In this document: positions 28,002-32,000 of the stretch, in pieces
Numbering within the stretch: the first letter of the stretch is position 1
Layout: each line of letters opens with the position of its first letter
Assembly (NCBI RefSeq): GCF_000020025.1
Contig: NC_010628.1
Coordinates: 4,920,001 to 4,952,000, forward strand
DNA length: 32,000 nt
Reading direction: 5' to 3'
Source: Nostoc punctiforme PCC 73102
GTDB lineage: Bacteria > Cyanobacteriota > Cyanobacteriia > Cyanobacteriales > Nostocaceae
Translations under genes and position numbers: made by a program
Notes under the pieces: generated by a model
The model's database searches: none
What the model was told of the DNA's origin: nothing
The model's input: the letters and a program-made list of their open reading frames with translations, nothing else

Positions 28002-28340
28002 ATTTAATCTATTTTTTGACAAAGATCATCATAGTAGCTGTATCTTTGTAATTTATTTATCCAGAAAAAATAACCGAGAAATTGCTGAATATTTCGGCGT
28101 TTCAGCTAAATTGATTAATCAAAAATCAACAATATATTTCTTTGGGATGAATGCAGTTTCTCTCAAAGGCAGGATGAAAGACTCAAGAAAACCGATCATC
28201 ATAAAAGTGAAACGCTGTAGCTGGTGCAGTTACAAATTAAGTGAAATATGTTTTTTCAATCCCAGGTGAAATAACAGGATTTCCAACTTGGTTTTTGCAA
28301 CAGCAAGGCTTTTAGCAAATACAGGTGATGAAGAAATCCA

Positions 28341-28823
28341 ATGAACACAATATATAAAGAACGTAAAATAGTTTCGCGTCTATTTGCGGTGCTACTTTCG
28401 GCATTGCTAATGGTACCCGTGCTGAGTAGCTGCGGAGGCGGTTCCCAAAAAGCTTCAGTACCACCACCTGTTGATGATACCGTTGGTAGAACAGTCAGCG
28501 ATCGCCAAACCGAAGCTAAGAAGGGATTGGGTACAGGACAAAAAGTGGCACTTTTGGCTGGAGCTGCTGCACTTTACTACATGTACAACCAGCATAAGAA
28601 TGCTCCACAAGAAGGAGCGCAAGGTAAGTACTATCTTTCCAAGAACGGGCGCGTATACTACCGCGATGCTGAACATCGCGCTCACTGGGTAACGCCACCA
28701 CCAGAAGGAATCCGAGTACCCGAATCTGAAGCACAAAAGTATCGGGAATTCCAGGGCTATAACCGGAGTGCCACAGGTCGCGATCTAACTGGTATAACTT
28801 CATCCGCAGCACCAGCACTCTAG
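28341..28823 (+). CDS. Hypothetical lipoprotein
   Basis: This is a 160-aa ORF. A signal peptide with lipobox LSSCGG is present (SALLMVPVLSSCGGG). No known family was recognised. Confidence 0.65.
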   Translation: MNTIYKERKIVSRLFAVLLSALLMVPVLSSCGGGSQKASVPPPVDDTVGRTVSDRQTEAKKGLGTGQKVALLAGAAALYYMYNQHKNAPQEGAQGKYYLSKNGRVYYRDAEHRAHWVTPPPEGIRVPESEAQKYREFQGYNRSATGRDLTGITSSAAPAL

Positions 28824-28916
28824 ATCGGCGAAGCGTGTGTAAATATAAAGCGGGTTTCCCGAAGGATAACGCCATCGCGCACATCGGAAACACGAACTTA
28901 AATCAGGAGACAGATT

Positions 28917-29240
28917 ATGGTAAATGAATTTTTCCGAAAGGCGAAAGATTTACTCTTGGGATCGAACAGCGATCAAGACGCTGAATTCCGCGATCGCGAT
29001 GTACGTCCAGCCAGCGAAGACCCCTACGGCGATCCCGCAGACCCAGCATCTTACGGTAACGTTATTCCAGCCAGTCAAGACCCCTACGGTGACCCCGCAG
29101 ATATCTCGTCCTACGGCAACGTTCGCCCAGCTAGTGAAGACCCTTACGGCGACCCCGCAGATACAGGGGAGTTTGGTGATGTCCGCCCAGCTAGCGAAGA
29201 CCCCTACGGCGACCCCGCAGATGAGGATTACCGTCGTTAA
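28917..29240 (+). CDS. Acidic repeat protein with 4 x 20-aa units (V-R-P-A-S-E-D-P-Y-G-D-P-A-D...)
   Basis: This is a 107-aa ORF with GGAG 8-11 nt upstream of the ATG. The four 60-nt units start at 29001, 29061, 29121 and 29181. They differ mainly at synonymous third positions, which supports this frame over the overlapping ORFs 28924 (+) and 28950 (-). Confidence 0.65.
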   Translation: MVNEFFRKAKDLLLGSNSDQDAEFRDRDVRPASEDPYGDPADPASYGNVIPASQDPYGDPADISSYGNVRPASEDPYGDPADTGEFGDVRPASEDPYGDPADEDYRR

Positions 29241-29308
29241 CGCCAACGGCACAAATATTCTGGTGAGTTTGACGAACCTCTCCCTGCCTTGAACTAAAGT
29301 TCAAGTCT

Positions 29309-29339
29309 GTCCCTCTCCGACTCGGAGAGGGACGTTTTT
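29309..29339 (+). terminator. Rho-independent terminator after the repeat-protein gene
   Basis: GTCCCTCTCCG (29309-29319) pairs with CGGAGAGGGAC (29323-29333). A T-run follows at 29335-29339. Confidence 0.75.
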
Positions 29340-29347
29340 ATGTAGTA

Positions 29348-29536
29348 AGGGAGTTGCAAAAAATAAATTATCCCAAATTATTTGTAGATTTGTAAGGGCG
29401 CAAAGTCTTGCGCCCCTACACACCCTGCGGAACCCTTACGCGCAGCTTGCTTCCCCGTTCGCGTAGCGTCTCGTAGGGAAGGGGTACGCGGAGCTTCCCG
29501 CAGGGATAGGATAGGATATTTTTTTAACTGGAAGTC
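29348..29536. repeat. MITE-like dispersed repeat, copy 2, carrying a nested GC-rich insert of about 80 bp (29425-29504)
   Basis: It is collinear with 11499-11600 at both ends (CAAAAAATAAATTATCCCAAATTATTTG + GGGCGCAAAGTCTTGCGCCC hairpin ... TTTTTTTAACTGGAAG). The extra internal segment is ctgcggaaccctta...cttcccgcagg. Confidence 0.75.
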
Positions 29537-29637
29537 CCTCAAGCCAGGGAGTAGGTTTCTTTATTGAGTTCATTAGTTCGACACTATATGACAAGACAGT
29601 TCAGATAAGGTTTTTTGACGAAAATTATAGATCGCAA

Positions 29638-29702
29638 AGACGCGATAAATCGCCGTCTTTACAATAATCAGTCCTTTGTAGAGACGGCGATTTATCGCGT
29701 CT
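29638..29702. repeat. Two inverted copies of a ~21-bp palindromic dispersed element (AGACGCGATAAATCGCCGTCT / AGACGGCGATTTATCGCGTCT)
   Basis: The copies at 29638-29658 and 29682-29702 are exact reverse complements of each other. A third relative lies at 31136-31155. Confidence 0.85.
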
Positions 29703-29755
29703 CTTCCCTTAACCGAACCGTATTGCACTATATAAGCCATCGAACTCATGTTGAA

Positions 29756-30739
29756 TTACGAATTATTTTTGTTAGCCAAAATTTCCTGCGATCGCTCAAT
29801 ATTTTGACGCACAGATTGAGCCGAAGTATGCAAGCCCTCTCTTTCTTCATCGCTGAGTATCAATTCCAATACACTCTCAATTCCACCGCATCCCAACCGA
29901 CAAGGAACACCAATCACAACATCTTCTAAACCGTATTCACCTTGCAGATAGGCCGCCACAGGCAACAACCGCGATTGATTTAATAAAATCGACTCTACCA
30001 TCACGCTAGTAGCTGATGCCGGAGCAAAAAAAGCACCACCCGTCTGCATCAATTCCACAATTTCTGCGCCACCATTGCGGGTTCTTTCTATCAAGCGTTC
30101 AATTGTGGCTGCATCCAGCAATTCCGTGATGGGAATGCCGTTGACGGTAGCATAACGAGATAAAGGCACCATTAAATCGCCGTGGCTACCCAATACCATC
30201 GCTTTGACATCGGCAGGCAAAACGCCCAATTCTAGGGCAATGAAGGCTTCAAAACGGGCAGAATCTAACACGCCAGCCATACCCATAATGCGATCGCGTG
30301 GTAAACCTGTAGCTTGCCAAGCTAAATAAGTCATCACATCCAACGGATTGGTGACGACAATAAAAATAGCATTGGGAGAATGAGCGATCGCATTTTTTGC
30401 CGCTTCCACCACAATCTTGGCATTAGTTTTCAGCAAATCATCCCGACTCATCCCTGGTTTGCGGGGAAGTCCTGCGGTAATCACCACAATTTGAGAACCA
30501 GATGTATCAGCATAATTATTTGTGCCGATAATCTGGCGATTATGTATTTCAATTCCCCTGGCTTCCATCAAATCCAGCGCCAAACCTTGAGGCATTCCCG
30601 CAATAATATCTAGTAAAACTACATCTGCCAGATTTTTCTCTGCAACACGTTGAGCTAAAGTACTACCAACCCTACCCGCACCTACGATAGTGACACGGGG
30701 TAAATTACAAGCAATTGGGGAGTTAGGGGAAGAAGACAT
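29756..30739 (-). CDS. mdh: Malate dehydrogenase (LDH-like MDH family)
   Basis: This is a 327-aa ORF with the Rossmann motif IVGAGRVGSTLA, GLPRKPGMSRDDL and the catalytic GSHGD block. Confidence 0.92.
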   Translation of the reverse strand: MSSSPNSPIACNLPRVTIVGAGRVGSTLAQRVAEKNLADVVLLDIIAGMPQGLALDLMEARGIEIHNRQIIGTNNYADTSGSQIVVITAGLPRKPGMSRDDLLKTNAKIVVEAAKNAIAHSPNAIFIVVTNPLDVMTYLAWQATGLPRDRIMGMAGVLDSARFEAFIALELGVLPADVKAMVLGSHGDLMVPLSRYATVNGIPITELLDAATIERLIERTRNGGAEIVELMQTGGAFFAPASATSVMVESILLNQSRLLPVAAYLQGEYGLEDVVIGVPCRLGCGGIESVLELILSDEEREGLHTSAQSVRQNIERSQEILANKNNS

Positions 30740-30825
30740 AATTATTCAAGTGCGATTTTATCAACAAGAATCCAGAGTCAGAATAAATGCTAAATTCTGA
30801 ATTCTGACTCCTGAATTCTTCCTTA

Positions 30826-31041
30826 TTATTTAAACTCTTCCAGTTGATCCACACGTAACCAAACGTTTGGTGTTGGCACTTTCCCGAACTTAATCAGGGC
30901 GTAATCACCTTTAATATCTACAATTTCGCCCTTGCTATCAAACAAATAAGGAGGAAAGCGAGTATCACTGGCTTTTGCTTCCAGACTGTTTTCCAGTTTT
31001 TCGCGGATAGCGCGAACCATATCTCCCTTTTTAACTGCCAT
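30826..31041 (-). CDS. ndhO: NAD(P)H-quinone oxidoreductase (NDH-1) subunit O
   Basis: The ORF track gives 30826..31080. [70 protein letters not shown] fits my memory of NdhO, and the start is likely ATG 31041. A mix-up with NdhS is possible but unlikely. Confidence 0.65.
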   Translation of the reverse strand: MAVKKGDMVRAIREKLENSLEAKASDTRFPPYLFDSKGEIVDIKGDYALIKFGKVPTPNVWLRVDQLEEFK

Positions 31042-31135
31042 GAATTCCCCTCTCAAATTTCTAGATTGTTTTATCTGCATTTTAGGAGACTTCCGAATTA
31101 GAAGTAAAAATTCCTCCTATACGACGCAATTGTAC

Positions 31136-31155
31136 AGACGCGATTAATCGCGTCT
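31136..31155. repeat. Perfect 20-bp palindrome AGACGCGATTAATCGCGTCT (same family as 29638-29702)
   Basis: The palindrome was read directly. It overlaps the last codons and the stop of mutM (..ERRD*). Confidence 0.85.
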
Positions 31156-32000
31156 CTCCCGATTCTCCACTCCCCGTAGCGTTTGACACTCAGAGCAAAA
31201 ATGACTAGATCGCCCAGCCAGCCTAATCCGTTGAATTGGCATACCACAAACTCGACAGGGTTCTCCAGCGCGATTATAAACCCACGCAACACCACCATAG
31301 TTGCCGTTAGTACCTTTAACATTTAGGAAATTACTAAATGTCGTACCACCAGCTTCAATGCTGGTTTCTAAAACTTGAATTATGGCTGTTCGCAAAAGCT
31401 CAATTTGTTTTAGCTGCAAATCTATACACAAAGTTTCAGGTAAAATTCCACTCTTAAACAGGGCTTCATCGGCATAAATGTTACCTAATCCAGCCACCAC
31501 CGATTGATCCAGTAACGCAGTCTTAATCGGACGGCGACGGTTTTTGAGTTTGCTTGCTAGATATTCAACACTGAATTCCGGCGAAAATGGATCTGCTGCC
31601 AGTTTTGCCAAACCAGTGATAATACTTTCTACAGCAACACCAGGCGGAACCCACCAAATTTTACCGAAGGTGCGCTGATCGACAAAACGTAATTCCTGCT
31701 GATCCCCAAAGAATAATCTAACCCGCGTGTGCTTATGTAATGGTTCATCTCGATGCAGCCATAGTAATTGACCGGTCATTCGCAGATGAACCCCTAGCCA
31801 ACTGGTTGAGCAAGGGGAAGAGAGTTCGGCCAGGAGATATTTACCGCGACGATGCCAAGTAGCGATCGCATTCTTTTCAATTCCATCAACAAACTCACCA
31901 ACAGAAAACGGGTAGGCGATGGTGCGATTGAGCAACACATCTCCACCCGTAATTTCTTGGTTAAGGGTCAATTGATTTAGACCCTTTCGGACTGTTTCAA
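31144..32000 (-). CDS. mutM: Formamidopyrimidine-DNA glycosylase (5' end runs off the window end)
   Basis: The ORF track starts at an internal TTG (31971). The frame stays open to position 32000 and reads ..ETVRKGLNQLTLNQEITGG, so only about 8 N-terminal codons (MPELPEVE) are missing. The zinc finger CRVCGMPIQRIRLAGRSSHFCSECQ is present. Confidence 0.9.
   Translation of the reverse strand, partial: ETVRKGLNQLTLNQEITGGDVLLNRTIAYPFSVGEFVDGIEKNAIATWHRRGKYLLAELSSPCSTSWLGVHLRMTGQLLWLHRDEPLHKHTRVRLFFGDQQELRFVDQRTFGKIWWVPPGVAVESIITGLAKLAADPFSPEFSVEYLASKLKNRRRPIKTALLDQSVVAGLGNIYADEALFKSGILPETLCIDLQLKQIELLRTAIIQVLETSIEAGGTTFSNFLNVKGTNGNYGGVAWVYNRAGEPCRVCGMPIQRIRLAGRSSHFCSECQTLRGVENRERRD

Noticed and set aside
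27970-28269. 99-aa plus-strand ORF containing an HTH-looking segment (NNREIAEYFGVSAKLINQKS)
   Set aside because: Its only start codon lies inside and antisense to the first gene of the operon. No ATG, GTG or TTG lies in frame between the operon start and the HTH-like segment, and the region is AT-rich promoter DNA. It could be a decayed regulator relic, but it cannot be supported as a gene.
28924-29292. Alternative ORFs over the 60-nt repeats (28924..29292 + and 28950..29252 -)
   Set aside because: All three frames stay open because of the repeat composition. Only the 28917 frame has an RBS, and only in that frame are the inter-repeat differences mostly synonymous.
29615-29929. 104-aa plus-strand ORF
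   Set aside because: It starts in the palindromic repeat cluster and runs antisense into the 3' end of mdh, with no supporting motif.
31098-31322. 74-aa minus-strand ORF containing ..GRDAINRV..
   Set aside because: It lies in an alternative frame of the same strand as the well-supported mutM gene and overlaps its 3' end, and it incorporates the translated palindromic repeat.
1-32000. Search for tRNA, rRNA, tmRNA, riboswitch or CRISPR signatures
   Set aside because: I saw no T-loop-type GGTTCRANYC motifs in a cloverleaf context, no rRNA-like conserved blocks and no spaced repeats. Eye-scanning is weak here, and tRNAscan-SE plus Infernal would be decisive.

Overview
The window looks like chromosomal DNA from a filamentous, Nostoc/Anabaena-type cyanobacterium. 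Supporting signs are many HIP1 octamers (GCGATCGC), heptameric STRR-type tandem repeats in intergenic regions, and nested small dispersed repeats. The gene order glpX-hemA-ArsR...natC-natA...pgi also matches what I recall from Anabaena PCC 7120, but that is memory and not a search. Most of the window is core housekeeping: a radical SAM protein, an ABC ATPase, an OmpR-type response regulator, a monothiol Grx with BolA, a PlsC-like acyltransferase, TadA, GrxC, GlpX, HemA, NatC/NatA, Pgi, Mdh, NdhO and MutM. No tRNA, rRNA or CRISPR array was recognised. The clear accessory segment lies between pgi and a lipoprotein gene (about 21.6-28.3 kb). It holds a tandem Nif11-like domain protein and a minus-strand three-gene operon. 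The operon encodes a small winged-helix-like protein, a 619-aa P-loop NTPase and a roughly 502-aa protein with an Mrr-like PD-(D/E)xK nuclease core. The nuclease gene is split by a 1-kb IS5/Harbinger-like insertion sequence, and removing the IS in silico restores one continuous frame. I cannot match this operon to any named defence system from memory, so it is my main candidate for an uncharacterised (and here inactivated) defence or DNA-targeting system. Secondary observations:
- a RelE/ParE-like toxin-antitoxin pair
- a 12-8-12 inverted-repeat operator in front of an ArsR/DUF2087 regulator
- a 4 x 20-aa acidic repeat protein
- a duplicated natA 3' end
- a degenerate HD-GYP protein
- an atypical receiver domain
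- several dispersed-repeat families
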